This document shows, one piece after another, positions 14,517 through 27,700 of a stretch of 64,000 bases of DNA (position 1 is its first letter; the number at the start of each line of letters is the position of its first letter). The position numbers and the translations under genes are program-made. A model generated the notes under the pieces. That model worked only from the letters and a program-made list of their open reading frames with translations, ran no database searches and was not told the DNA's origin. The stretch lies in the NCBI GenBank assembly GCA_951406725.2, contig OX597820.1, forward strand, positions 33,418,001-33,482,000, in the 5' to 3' direction. This DNA comes from Octopus vulgaris (Eukaryota).

Positions 14517-15392
14517 TATGTATGTATGTGTGTGTATATGTTTGTGTGTCAGTGTTTGTCCCCCCAACATCACTTGACAACCAATGTTGGTGTGTTTACG
14601 TTCCCGTAACTTAGTGGTTCAGCAAAAGAGACTGATAGAATAAATACTAGGCTTACAAAGAATAAGTCCTGGGGTCGATTAAAGTTGGCACAGTTATGCA
14701 AATATGTGGTGGGGAAAGTAGCCTAATTAATGTTAGCAAAAGGTTGCAAATATACAGGAGAGAGGTGATAGGGAAAGTTCAATTGATGTTGAAGCCACAG
14801 GGACACAGAGCCATAGATATGTGCATGGAGTAAAGAGGAGGTAATCTAACAAATCAGCTCTACATATATTACCGGTACTTTATTCACGCACACAACAAAG
14901 GTAAAATTGTCCCTGGGAAAGATTTGAACTCAGAACATAAACAGATAAAAATACAAGGTATTTACAAACTACCATTGTTGTTTATAACTCAAGGTCAATC
15001 ATAAGAACTATGATCAAAGTCTTTCTCACCATGACTATTCTACGTCTTTTTCCCAGTTGTTACAACTCTAGGGGACTGCATTATCCAAACGTCCTTCCCT
15101 TTTCAAGAGAATAGAATGTAATATAAAGGGAAACTGGCTGTTGGGTATGGCCAGTTGGACAACCACATAGAGGTTGCCTTCCTGACTCACATTAAGAGTC
15201 GAGAGCAGATGGTTATTAAAGGCCAACTGACAATTGTATGTGTGAGAGACAATTACTGGTACAGACAATGGATGATGTGTGATGGATAGAGTTATTTAGC
15301 CGCAAATCAGCTTTGATAAAGTGGACATGTAACCAAAAATATTCCCAGCATGACTTGCTATCCATTTTTTTCCCCCCAACAGGATATCACTC

Positions 15393-15780
15393 TTTACTCT
15401 TTTGTTTCAGTCATTTGACTGCGGCCACGCTGGAGCACCGCTTTTTAGTTGAGCAAATCGACCCCAAGACTTATTCTTTGTAAACCTAGTACTTATTCTA
15501 GCAGTCTCTTTTGCCGAACTGCATCGGTTATCAAGCGATGTTGGGGGGGGGGGGACAAAAACACACACACATATATACGATGGGCTTCTTTCAGTTTCAG
15601 TCTACCAAATCCACTCACAAGGCTTTGGTCGGCCCAAGGCTATAGTAGAAGACACTTGCCCAAGGTGCCATGCAGTGGACTGAACCTGGAACCATATGGT
15701 TGGTAAGCAAGCTACTTACCACAGAGCCACTCCTGTGCCTATCACATTAAAAGTTTTTTTTTATTATTTTAACCCTTTAG
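15393..15780 (-). mobile_element. Dominant-family SINE, minus strand
   Basis: Reverse complement of the 6071-6460 family. Confidence 0.8.
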
Positions 15781-15994
15781 TGTTCAGATTATTCAATCAA
15801 ACATAATGCCTATTGATTCCCATTGATTTGAATTAATCATGCATTATCTCATATATTCAAGATCTTGATGGTGTAATTACTTAATGTAGAATAACATTGT
15901 AGGGTAGGTGTGAGAGCCTGGATCTGGTCAGTTTGAACATAAAACAGATTAAATATTTTGGCCGGATATGGCCAGTTTAAATACTAAAGGGTTA
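15769..15994. mobile_element. piggyBac-type MITE, opposite orientation
   Basis: ttaaccctttag...ctaaagggttaa. Confidence 0.75.
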
Positions 15995-17209
15995 AACAGC
16001 AGCAAAATCCCTGAAATTGTACCTTACTAACATAAAAGGACACATGAGGTAATAGTCCTGCATAGACCTCAGATGACAGGATGATCACAGTTTGAATGCT
16101 TTGATCATAGACTTCCTCACTGAAGTTGATCTGTAGCAAGATGACAACTATTACCTAGGAAGGATGAAACAAACAGCATTGTCTTGTTTTGTTTTCTGTC
16201 TTTTTTTTATTTTTATTTTATTTTATTTCTTTTTTTTGACTTGTGCCTTCAAAAACAGGTGGGAATGTCATAGTTGAAATTTATTTAATCACGGATCATT
16301 TAATCATGTCCTGCATCTAAGAGCTATCGTATTCAAGAACAATAACCCTGGTATTCGAAAACAGAGTTACCTCCCTTCCCTTAGTCAACTGTCAAATTGT
16401 TTTTTGATTTCGCTTTAGTCGAGGTGAGCAGACGACACAAACTCTGCAATAAGATGCCAGTTAGTCTATCGCTCCTGTAAATACATTTGTAGGTGAACTG
16501 AGGCACGTACGCGAACACACTTATTTACAATGTTATTTGTGCCCTTCTAAGATTTGTTTAAACATAATGAGTATCACCCTTCCTTTCTTTGACTTGTTTT
16601 ATAGTCATTGGACTGTCGCCATGCTGAGTCACTGCCTTGAAAGGTTTTGTCAAACAAACCGACCACAATAATTTTGCCCTTTTGTTTTAAAGAAATTTCT
16701 GAATTTGGGGGAATCTAAACAAACCAACAACAGTCGCCAAGCAAAGCAGGGGAGAAACACAAGAGACACACATATATACATGGTGTGACTGTGTTAAGAT
16801 TCTTGCTTCCCTACCACATGGTTCTGGGTTCTGTACCACTATATGGCACCTAGGGTAAGTGACCTCTACTATAGCCTTGGGCCAACCAAAGCCTTGTAAG
16901 TGGATTTGGTTGACAGAAACTGCAAGAAACCTATCATATAACTGTATATACCTATGTGCGTGAGTTTTCCCCCCAACAACGCTTGACGACTGGTGTTGGT
17001 TTGTTTGTGTTCCTGTAACTTAGAGGTTCGGCCAAAGAGACCTATAGAATAAGTACCAGTCTTTACAAAACAAATAAGCACTGAATTTGACTGGTTGCAC
17101 TAAACATTTCAAAGTGGTGCGCCAGCATGGCTACAGTCTAATGACTGAACCAAGAACAAAAATGAAAAGATATATATATATATATATATATATACATACA
17201 TACAAGAGG

Positions 17210-17546
17210 GATGACCACTAAGTGGACATCCATTATGCTAGAAGTCGACCTCCTATGGTCTTAACACTAAGAAAGGAATATTCTCAAGAAAATTTAGCAA
17301 ATGCCAGAACTTAAGCTAGCAAGACAAATGAAAAGATACAAACTATACAAGTTAATCACAAAGTGATTACGTAAGTGGTAACAACGAAACTTGTTTGTGA
17401 TTAATCTGTACATTTTATATCTTTTCATTTGTCTTGCTCGCTTACGTTCTGGTGTTTGCTAAACTTTCTTGTGAACATTCCTTTCTTAGTGGTAAGACCA
17501 TAGGGGATTGACTTCTAGCATAATGGATGTCCATTTAGTGGTCATC
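17210..17546. repeat. Fold-back element: ~150-bp inverted arms with a ~30-nt loop
   Basis: gatgaccactaagtggacatccattatgctagaagtc vs gacttctagcataatggatgtccatttagtggtcatc. Confidence 0.9.
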
Positions 17547-18109
17547 TTTCCTATATATATGTAATATAATTTTTTTCTGATTCCTCAGATTTTTCTATAT
17601 GCTAGACCACTGGTTTTAAATTGATATTAATCAAATTAATATTCAATTTTTCACCCTTATTTTAAATTTATATTTATATATACAATATTAATTAACAGGT
17701 GATGAATTCAGTATTAAACCTTTATATCTTTCAACCCATCAATCTGGGTCTCATCAGGTACATCGATAAAGATATGTCTCACTACAGATTTTTAGTGCCG
17801 GATGGCTAGTTATATGCCAATCAATTTTGAGAATTAATAAAAATTATATTACAGAAACACAAAAATTGACATATGAAAAGTCTTTGATGTGCCTGATGAG
17901 ACCCAGACTGACAGGTCAAAACATATGTTATGTCCAATAAAGGTTTAATACAGAATTGTAATATGCTGTATATAACTGTAAAATAAAAATAGTGAATGCA
18001 AAGTCTCAATATTTATTATTATCATTATTCCAGTTCTATATTTAAGAGATGAGGAATTATGTACATTATTTACATTCGACGAATATTTGTCCTCATCTTG
18101 TTTGTTGTT

Positions 18110-18155
18110 AACACAACGTTTCGTCTGATACACCCTCCAGCCTTCTTCAGGTGTC
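18110..18155 (-). ncRNA. Minimal type-I hammerhead motif in a Penelope-like repeat within UCH intron 3
   Basis: GACAC-CTGAAGA-AGGCTG...CAGAC-GAAA-CG-TT-GTGTT; repeat spans ~18028-18370 with a short inverted copy at ~18318-18370. Confidence 0.6.
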
Positions 18156-18732
18156 TTGGAGAAATTTCGAACCTGGGTTCTCATTCCTAAGGTATTCTTC
18201 GATGTTATTATTAATTATTATTATTATTATTGTTCAGGTCACTGCTTGGAATCAAACTCGGAATCTTGGGGTTAGTAGCCCACATTCTTAACCACTCCGC
18301 CATATGCCCATGGGCATATGTTAACAAACAAGATGAGGACAAATATCCATCAAATGTAAATAATGTAATATCATTATTATTATACACTCTAAGGAACCTT
18401 TACAGTCCTGAGTAAGACACACAGAAGTACCCAACGGGAGAATTTACCGGTGGCTAACAATTCATTGTAAGCACCAGCACTGGATACTGACCATGGTGAT
18501 TAGCTGGAATCTGGAACCAAACAGAGAACTAACAGGGTATCTGCCTGGATGATATATCCTTACAAGTTCACCACAGGTGTGGCTGTGTGGTAAGAATCTT
18601 GCTTCCTAACCACATGGTTCCGGGTTCAGTCTCACTGTGTGGCACCTTGGGCAAGTGACCCCTACTGTAGCTTCAAGTCAGCCAAAGCCTTGTAAGTGGA
18701 TTTGATAGATGGAAACTGAAAGAAGTCCATTG

Positions 18733-18785
<53 letters not shown>

Positions 18786-19059
18786 GATTGTATCTGTCGC
18801 CACCACCATCGCTTAACAACCAATGTTGGTGTGTTTATGTCCCTGTAACTTAGCGGTTTGGCAAAAGAGACAGCTAGAATATGTACTAGACTTACAAAGA
18901 ATAAGTCCTGGGGTCGATTTGTTTGACTAAAATCCCTTAAGATGGTGCTCCAGCATGGCCACAGTCAAATGACAAACATATATATATATATATATATATA
19001 TACGACATGCTTCCACATAGTTTCGACTAACTGGCACTGTTTGTTACAATGAGTATCCA

Positions 19060-19338
19060 ATCGAAGAAACAGCTTATTCATGAAATTAATGTGCAAGTGG
19101 CTGAGCACTCCACAGAGATGCATACCCTTAACATAGTTCCCATGAATTCAGTGTGACATAGACAGTGACAAGGTTGGCCCTTTGAAATACAGGTAAAACT
19201 CATTTTTGCCAACTGAGTGGACTGAAGCAATGTGAAATAAAGAGTCTTGCTCAAGGACACATCACACTGCCAGGAATCGAACCTACAGCCTTACAATTCT
19301 GAGCCAAATACCCTAATCACTAAGTTGTCTGCTTTCAC
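19060..19338 (-). mobile_element. Third SINE family with a MetaSINE-like central domain; related copies at ~780-940, 25555-25700, 41265-41410
   Basis: ggttcgattcctgg...gtgtccttgagcaagac...cattgcttcagtccactcag. Confidence 0.6.
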
Positions 19339-19832
19339 ACAGTTTCTACTAAATTCACTCACAAGGCATTGGTCAGTCTGGGGATTTAGTAGAAGACAGT
19401 TGACCAAGGTGCTGCACAGTGGGACTGAAACTGAAACCACATGGTTGCAAAACAGAGTTTGGAACCACACAGCTAGGCCTGTGCTTGATCAATAAAAAAA
19501 AACTTTTAATTATCCATCACAGATGCAGATATAACTGTGTGGTTAAGATGCTCACTTCATAACTATGTGGTTGTAGGTTCAATTCCACAGCACAGTATGA
19601 AGCTATATGGTGTAAGAGCATTACATGAAAAACAGTCAAGGTTTAGCAGGAAGAGTGTCTGGCTGTAAAACAATGTCTGAACAACATATATATCTAACCC
19701 ATGCTGGCATGGTTAAATAGATGTAAAAACAAATGAAAGCATTCCAAGTAAAGAATGTAGTTAGAGGAAAAAGAAGCATAACTGGTGATTAATAAGACTG
19801 GGTTAGAACAGATTAAGGTTATTGAACATTAC

Positions 19833-19958
19833 CTTTTGAGTGAGAGGGTAAAGTAACATCACAGCTAAAGGCTTTTTAATAGTATCCAACAGTTCCTTAT
19901 CCAAATCGTAGACATCAAGGAATTTGTAACTGGAAGGGACACCAACATTCCAGCTAAA
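19833..19958 (-). CDS. UCH-L1/L3 coding exon 3 (FSWNVGVPSSYKFLDVYDLDKELLDTIKKPLAVMLLYPLTQK)
   Basis: ttttatttcag acceptor and AAG|gtaatg donor; 126 nt, phase 0/0; F-x-DVY-x-LD and P-x-AVMLLYP are Peptidase_C12 motifs. Confidence 0.93.
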
Positions 19959-22849
19959 CTGAAATAAAACAAATTTGGTAAAAAAATATTAATTTATAAA
20001 AAAAAAAGACAAACATTGTTAAATTATAGCAAACAATGAGACTAAGGTAGGGGTTATGGTAGGGGTCCACCAAAATGTCCAGTCTTTGTTGCAGTGTGCT
20101 GGCTTGTGAGTCTCAATAACCCTGAAAGATAGGCCAGCAGAGTGCAAGCTCCTAGTAGGGCCTTCCATACAGGACAGGTCAAAAAATAGAGACTGAAATA
20201 AAATGAACCACCTTTTCCAGAATTGAGAAAAAAGGGTTCATATAGGACCAATACTCTTACCTAAAAGAGATAAAAAAAGCAAACAAAGTTACACAACCAC
20301 CAATGATAATTCAATATCAGTAATGATAGCATGGAAAACGGATGTTAAACGATGATGATGATAAGGATAATATGCTGGTGTATCTCAGACAACATAGTTG
20401 TGGTTCTAGTATGATTCATGTGATCTCTTAAAATCTAACCCTTTCACACTGTCCCAGCTTTTCATTTTTTCATAAAGCATGATCTTCAAATGTTGGGCCT
20501 CATGGAGACAATGGCAAGTGACCAAGATCTTTGGCAATATGTTGTACATGAGAAGACTCGTCGAGCCAAATGAAATCATAGTTGTGGCTGATTCTGGTGT
20601 CACATAACTGGCATATAAAAGCACCTGTTTAACCTCCTGAGGTCATAGCTAATCCAAGTCATTCCAGTGTGACAATCCCATCTTTATATCCACACATATA
20701 CATAAGGAAACATTAATCTTTGTATCTTTGCTTTAAAGATGGCAGGGCATGATTTGAGGTGATTTGGCAGTAATTTTTCAAACAAGTCAAATAACCACAT
20801 AGACTCCCTCAATGATGCCAAATTTCACCTGGATGTTGAAAATGTAACATCACAGTATGTATTCAAAAGAAAACCCTATTTCTTGCAGAGGTACTGTATA
20901 ATGTTAGGACTACAAATACAAAGTGACTTTGTATTAAATAAAATGACTTCACAAAGAATGTATAATTTAACTAATTATAGGAGTTGACAGCCTTCTAAAT
21001 TTTGTTACTTATAAAACAGTGATGATGTAAGAAAAAAAAAAAAACATCAACTGATCAGGCATGGCTGTGTGGTAAGAAGTTTGATTCTCAATCACATGGT
21101 TTCAAGTTCAGTCCCGCTGCATGACACTTTGTACGAGTGTCTTCTACTAGAGCCAACCAAAATCATGTGAGTGAATTTGGTAGACAGAAACTAGAAGCCT
21201 GCCATATGTATGTGTGTGTGTTTGTCCCATCACCGCTTGGGAACAGATGATGACTGCCAGACTTTAAAAATAAGTACTGGGGTTGATTGGCTCAACTAAA
21301 CCCTTCAAGATGGTGCCCCAGCATGACCGCAGTTCAATGATTGAAACAAATTAAAGGCAAGGTAAAAGATGTCCACTGTATCCTTCATTACACAACTATG
21401 AGATAATTAATTGATTGTATGATAGATTTATGGTGAAAGAATCTTTACAAGACTAATCACAAACATAGAAACTGGATGAGGTTGTTTACTCCCGAGTCAA
21501 CACCTAAGCTAACAGATGTACAATCAAAAGATGCTCCATGTCGCCACCGTTTTTTTTTTTCTTTTCTTCCAGGTAATGTTATAAAACATTATCTAGTGTA
21601 GTCCTTGAAAAGAAAAATACTATATATATAAAAAAAACGGAGATTTGAAAATTCGACTGCTGTTTCAGTAGTTCTCAAAACAATGTGCCGTGGATATAAA
21701 ATTGTATTAGAGAAAATCCATATTGATACCATGTTTTGAAAACGTATTCCTATATTTTTTAACTCCCCCCAAAAATTATTAAGATTAAACAAAATTTTCT
21801 ACACGCAGGTAAATTTCTCACTTTAAATCATGGTTTCTAATTTTATGCGGAATGTGACAGTTATTACTTCCAGTGCTTCGAAGTCAAAGGAAATAACTAC
21901 TGGCATAAGATGTTCACAGAACCTCATGCAATAAATAAAAGTAAAACCGAAAATTTATTAGTAAATATTGAGTAGCTTCCCTTTATAGAGCAGGCGTGCA
22001 AGGGAGATAAGCAAGTTTGTTTTTCTTTTTTCTTTAGCGAATTTATTTTTAATGAGAAAATACAAAAAGAAAAATTAGATATTTTTAATAGACAGTCTTC
22101 TTTGAAAACAAAAGGAAAACAACATTGGCTATATATAAACTGCTTGATTGCCTTACGATCTCAAAATACTAACGAGAGACTTAGTTTTGTTAAAGCTGTT
22201 GAGAAAGAGTTATAGTTTGTAAGGCTATTTAGAACACTACATAGTCCACTTCGCTATACAGGATATTGTCGAAGTCTTGTTTTTGTGAAGTAGTAACTGA
22301 ATTGCTAATTAATAGCATGTAAATTAATATAGAATGTCGACGGCCTGTCTTGAACATTAGAACAGACTTTCTAGTTTCATAAATTGTAAGTAGCTAAATA
22401 TAGGGAAACTGTCTGCAAGATGATATCAGCAATTGAATAAGCAATCTAAAACGAAGGTCCTGTAACTCGTTCCTGGACCCATTATAAGTTCACAATTTTG
22501 TGAATGGGGAAACAACAAATAGAGGAACACTGCTGGTTTGTCGTAATGAGAGAGAAACAGACAGACAGATTGTTGGGGCAAACAGCTACGCAGACATGAG
22601 TAATGATGTGGTTGAGACAGGCAGAGCTTAAACAGACGGTTAGGGAAGACAAGTGACGAGAGTGTGTGCCAGTTACTGATGAAAAGAACTGCAAGTTTTG
22701 TATTGCATTCATTCATTCATTCATAATGAAACAAAATTGAGACAAGAGAGCCTAATAGAATACAACTGCCAGAAAAGGACATTACAGTAAAAATTTGAAA
22801 TGTTAACACTTGGCTTGCAAAATTTACAACTAATTTCAATAGGTAGGAA

Positions 22850-23510
22850 GTTAGAGATACTTAGAGGAACAGAAGTAATCTAGATGTTGTGATATTTATT
22901 CATGCTTTCCCAAAAGAATTAGGAATGTCTGTAAAACAGAGAGATTCTTGGTACACAGAGGAGGATCCTTAAAAAGTAGCTGATAGTTTCATTTACCTAG
23001 GAGACCTAATGAGCAGTGGGGTGGGAGTGCTAAAAGTATAGTTGCAAGAATTAGAACTGATTGGAGAAAGTTCAGAGAATTGTTACCTCTCTGAGTGAAA
23101 GGCAAATTGTATCATGCCCTTGTACACAGAAATGCTACGTGGTGGTGGAACTTGAGCTGTGAATGCAAAAGATATGCAAAGATGAGAAGTACATGAAGCA
23201 AGCAAGCATGCTCTGCTGGATGTATAACATCAATGTGCATGTATGATAAAGTACAAAGGTGTTGTGAGAAAAACTGGGCATAAAGAGTATCTGATACGGT
23301 GTGCAAGAGAGAAGACTGCACTGGTATTGTCATGTGCTACAGATGGATGAGAGCAGCTGTTTAAATAAGTGCAGATTGCTAAATGTAAAATGTAGAAGGA
23401 ACCTGAGGAACGAGCCCCAGGAAGACATGGGATGAAGACTGGTTTCAAGATGTTGAACCTCTCGGAAGAGATAACAGGAGATTGAAATGAATGGCAATAT
23501 GCTGGGCTTC
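22850..23510 (+). mobile_element. Old degenerate copy of the same RTE family
   Basis: Nucleotide similarity to 31621-32036; KFRELLPL motif. Confidence 0.6.
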
Positions 23511-24374
23511 AGAAGACCTATCCATCTTGGGAAAGCATGAGGCCCCATTGTGTCCCCCCACAACTCATCTTCTCACACCAATTCCTCCACTATTTTGCAG
23601 TACTACTCACTCAGGTGCTGTAAATGATACCATTTAGCCCCTTACACTTCATATTGTATCCCTACTACTGTCCCTCATCACCTCACACCTTGACCCACTC
23701 CTCTTTTTCTTCCCTTCAATTTACCTCCCTCAAACTAATACTGAGTTCAACTCTACCCCCATCTCAAATCAATCAATCACACTTTTCTCTCCAGTGCACA
23801 TACCTACCTACCCATCTTTTCTGTTCCTCTATCCTATTTCTCTCATTTTCACCTGGTACCTTAACCTCACATTTCTCTCTCTCTCTCTCTGCAGATAAGG
23901 AAGCCATGTATTCACCTCTTCAGCAAGACACTTGATCTTTTCCCTCTATCATAATTTCATATCTCTCAATACTATACCTAACTCAGCCAAGAGGTCTTGT
24001 CTTGCAGGTACTTGATCTCACTAGTGCTGGTGCCAAAAAGAAAGAAAGAAAGAAGTACCCAGTACACTGTAAAGGGGTTGGTATTAGGAAGGGCATCCTG
24101 CTCTAAAAACCATGCCAAAGCATACAGTGGAACTTGGAACAGCATTCTGGGATGTCAGGTAATGTTCACAATGATGGACTTTTAAATTTCAAGTAATGAA
24201 ATTCATTTGATGAGCTTCCATAGTTTCCATCAACCAATTTTACTCACAAGGAATAGGTCAACTTGAGGATTTAGAAAATGACACAAAGATACCATACGGT
24301 GGAATCAAAACCTGAATTTCATGATTGCAAAGCAAACTTCTTAACCATTATGCCATATGAAACATTTCTACATA

Positions 24375-25401
24375 TATTGGGTTAGTAAGAAAGTAATTTT
24401 GGTTTTCAGTGTGAAATAAGAGTCATTTTCTTTCATACAAAGAATGAACTTTAATAATCAATTACATATTGTCCATTTTGTTCAATGACCTTTTGCTATC
24501 TTTCTGGCAACTCCAAGAACTTTCTGGTCCTTAGCCAAAAACAGAAGCAAATGCGATTTCAGGTTATCATCATTATTGAAAGTTTTACTATTCAAAGAAT
24601 TTTGCAAACTTTGAAATAAATGGTAACCTGATGGTACAAGGTCAGGGCTATATGCTGGATGCAATATCACTTCCTAACCAAACTCCAATGATTTTTTACA
24701 GGTTAGTGAAGATGTGTGTGGTCTAGCGTTGTCATGGTGGAACAATTCCTTTATGATTTGCCAATTCTGGCTATTTTTCTGGTCCATTACACTTGAACCA
24801 TTATCATTTTCAACAGAAGTCATTGTAGACAATCCGTTTTTCCTCACCAGTGATGATTCATTGGATTAAGTGAATCTCTTTCAATTTATGTGGAGCCCAA
24901 ATATTGAGCTTCTTAATGAGTCCAAGTGACTTTCAAGTGTTGTGTTATACATTTAACCTCTCTGCAATCTCTCGCACAGTTATATGACAATCAGATTCAA
25001 TTATGACTGATTCAGTCATCATCAACTTTAGTAGGTCGACCAGGACCTCGAGTGAAAAATCTCTAGGATGGAACTTTTTAAACCATTTCTGACGTGTGTT
25101 CTGCTAAGCAATCAACACCATAAACTTCACATGTCTTTCAGTAAGCCTCAGCAGCTTTCTTACCATTATGGAAACAAAAGAGCAAAATAAAGCAAAAAAA
25201 GTTTGTTTTTGCACTCCATGTTAAAATTGATACTGAACTAACAGTTGTAAACAAAATTACACACAATTTGCTTCTAAAGCAAGCTAAAAGTAATGGCTAT
25301 CAAATGTCAAAAGGGAAAAAACCATAACATTGATAAAAGTCAGTCAAAAAAAAATCCCAACTATCTGCGAAAAACAAATTTACTTTCTTGCCAACCCAAT
25401 A
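24375..25401 (-). mobile_element. Degenerate mariner element with TIRs
   Basis: TIRs tattgggttagtaagaaagtaa / ttactttcttgccaacccaata; HPAYSPDLVPSGYHLFQSLQNSL. Confidence 0.88.
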
Positions 25402-25789
25402 AAAAAGATATAATAAAGAAAAATTGTGGTTCTGTTTGTACCAAATCTGACTAAAAGAGCCATCTTAGTTGAAATCACTATTATCTGTCTTTTATATTAT
25501 TTTATCGCTTCTGTCCCTTTTTTTTTTTTTTTGTAGTCTGCTAGAAGGTACTTGGTGAAGGCACGTGGCTTAGTAGTTAGGGTGTTGGATTCATGACTGT
25601 AAGATTGTGGTTTCGATCCCTGGACCAGGCAATCCATTGCATCCTTGAGCAAAACAATTTCACATTGCTCCAGTCCATTCAGCTGTAGAAATGAGTTCAG
25701 CCTGGAGAGGGATGGGTTCCACCAGGCTTTCTCGCCCAAGATACACTGCATGACTGCTTAGCCCCAACAAACCCCAAGGGGTTAAGGGA

Positions 25790-26800
25790 CCTGTCAATTG
25801 TCAAAAGGTACTTATAAGACAGTTGGTGGTGTTAAACCTCCTGGACATTACATCCAACAATGCAGATGATACTTCCTTTTCTCCTCTAATTTCCTCTAAA
25901 CAAGAGTCATCTGCATACAATTTAAGACACCCACATTGACACCATGAACAGACCCTGAGAGCATCCTCCAATGGAGACATGCCAACCTTGTCTTACTAGG
26001 AAAAAAAATAGACTATTTAAAACATTATTACACAACAATACTCTTACATATGAGAAGTATGCAACTAGAGCCTTCATGATTGCTCCAAATTTGAAACCTT
26101 ACTACCATCAAAGATCCCTCACAATTAAATAACATCCATCCTTTTAACACAGCATGGGCCACATCACACAGACTGGCTCTTTACTTCAGGACCAGAAGAT
26201 TCTCAGCTCCAAACAAGTGTAGGTATGCTACAAGGCTCAGGTGAGGCCCACAATGGAGTACTGTTCACACATCTGGGATAGTGCTATGATATACACACAA
26301 ACATCTTAGTCTATACCAAGAGAAAAGCTACTCATCTGACATAAAAATCACTCAGACATTCTCCAGTTTGAGCTCACGGATGTGCTGCCTCCTCTACCTT
26401 TTATTTTTACTATTATTTTAGCATTAGAAAGGGTATCCAGCTGTAAAAAACAATGCCAAAAAAGACAGGGGAACATGGAGTAGTCCTCTGGTTTACCAGC
26501 TCCTTCCAAACCATCCAACCCATGCCAGCATGGAAGACAGATGTCAAATGATGATGATGGTTTCTACTCTTTGGAGCTGGCTGGTTTCATACCACTTCCA
26601 GCCAGATACTCCTAACACACTTATCTCTCCTCTCCACATCTTTCATATTGTATCCAAATGACCACCCAAGACCCCACAATAACCACTATGCCCACATAGT
26701 CCTCCAAAAGCATCAGCCCTCTGGAACCACCCTCTCTGCTTGCTCATATTTTTCTCCTATAGGTATTCAACATGCAACAGTTTAAATGGAACATCAATGG
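25790..26800 (+). mobile_element. Degenerate CR1/Jockey-type LINE RT remnant interrupted by an RTE-tail fragment (~26415-26560)
   Basis: ADDT at ~25861; YKAQVRPTMEYCSHIWDSA at ~26229. Confidence 0.6.
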
Positions 26801-27647
26801 TATCAATCTTTTTTATCAATCTCTGAGAGCCTATGAAGGTCATGGGTACTGCCCTTTCCTTCACACACAGCCAAGTAATATATTAAAAAAAAAAGTCTCC
26901 CCAAAACATTAAATTTATAAATAAGGTGTTTACATAAATCAATGAAATTTTGAAGTTCATTCATTCTCAGAACTACTTTCCATGCTGTATGGATCTTTCT
27001 ACACAGCTTTGAAAGCATAGAGCCAGCAGACAAATTGGTAAAAGGCACCCAGTGCACTCTGTAAAGTGGTTGGCATAAGGAAACCATGCCAAAGCAAACT
27101 GTAGAGCTTGGTTCAGTCTCCTGACTTGCCAGTTCCTATTAAACTGTTCTACCTACACCAGCATGGAAAATGGACATTTGATGATGATGAAAGAGTCAGT
27201 GTGAGAGCTTCTAGGTCATTATCTAATCTACAAGAAATAACAGCCAAATCTCACTAAACTCAAACCACTGCAGTCTTACATATTGTAGTCCTAGATACAT
27301 GGCTTGAACAAAAAAAAAAATGAAAGGAAAAAAAAGACAATGATCATAGCTGCAACAGTCGATTTTTAATCATGGGTTGACTTGACCTAGTGTTAAACAC
27401 CTGATGAACTAGGCCTACAAGAGAGTTTATGTTGATGTTCAACATACTAGAAATAGCAGCTAAATGTCCTCAAATCAGACCCTAACACTTTAAAAGTGTG
27501 GCTGTATGGTAAAAAGCTTGCTTCCCAACCACATGGTTCCAGGTTCAGTCCCATTGCATAGCACCATGGGCACATGTCTTATATTATAGCCTTGGGCAGA
27601 CAAAAGCCTTGTGAGTGGATATGGCAGACAGAAACTGAAAGAAGTCC

Positions 27648-27700
<53 letters not shown>

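Noticed and set aside
21548-21578. (Y)nCAG|GTAATG recursive-splice-like motif
   Set aside because: On the plus strand, antisense to the gene, and part of a dispersed repeat
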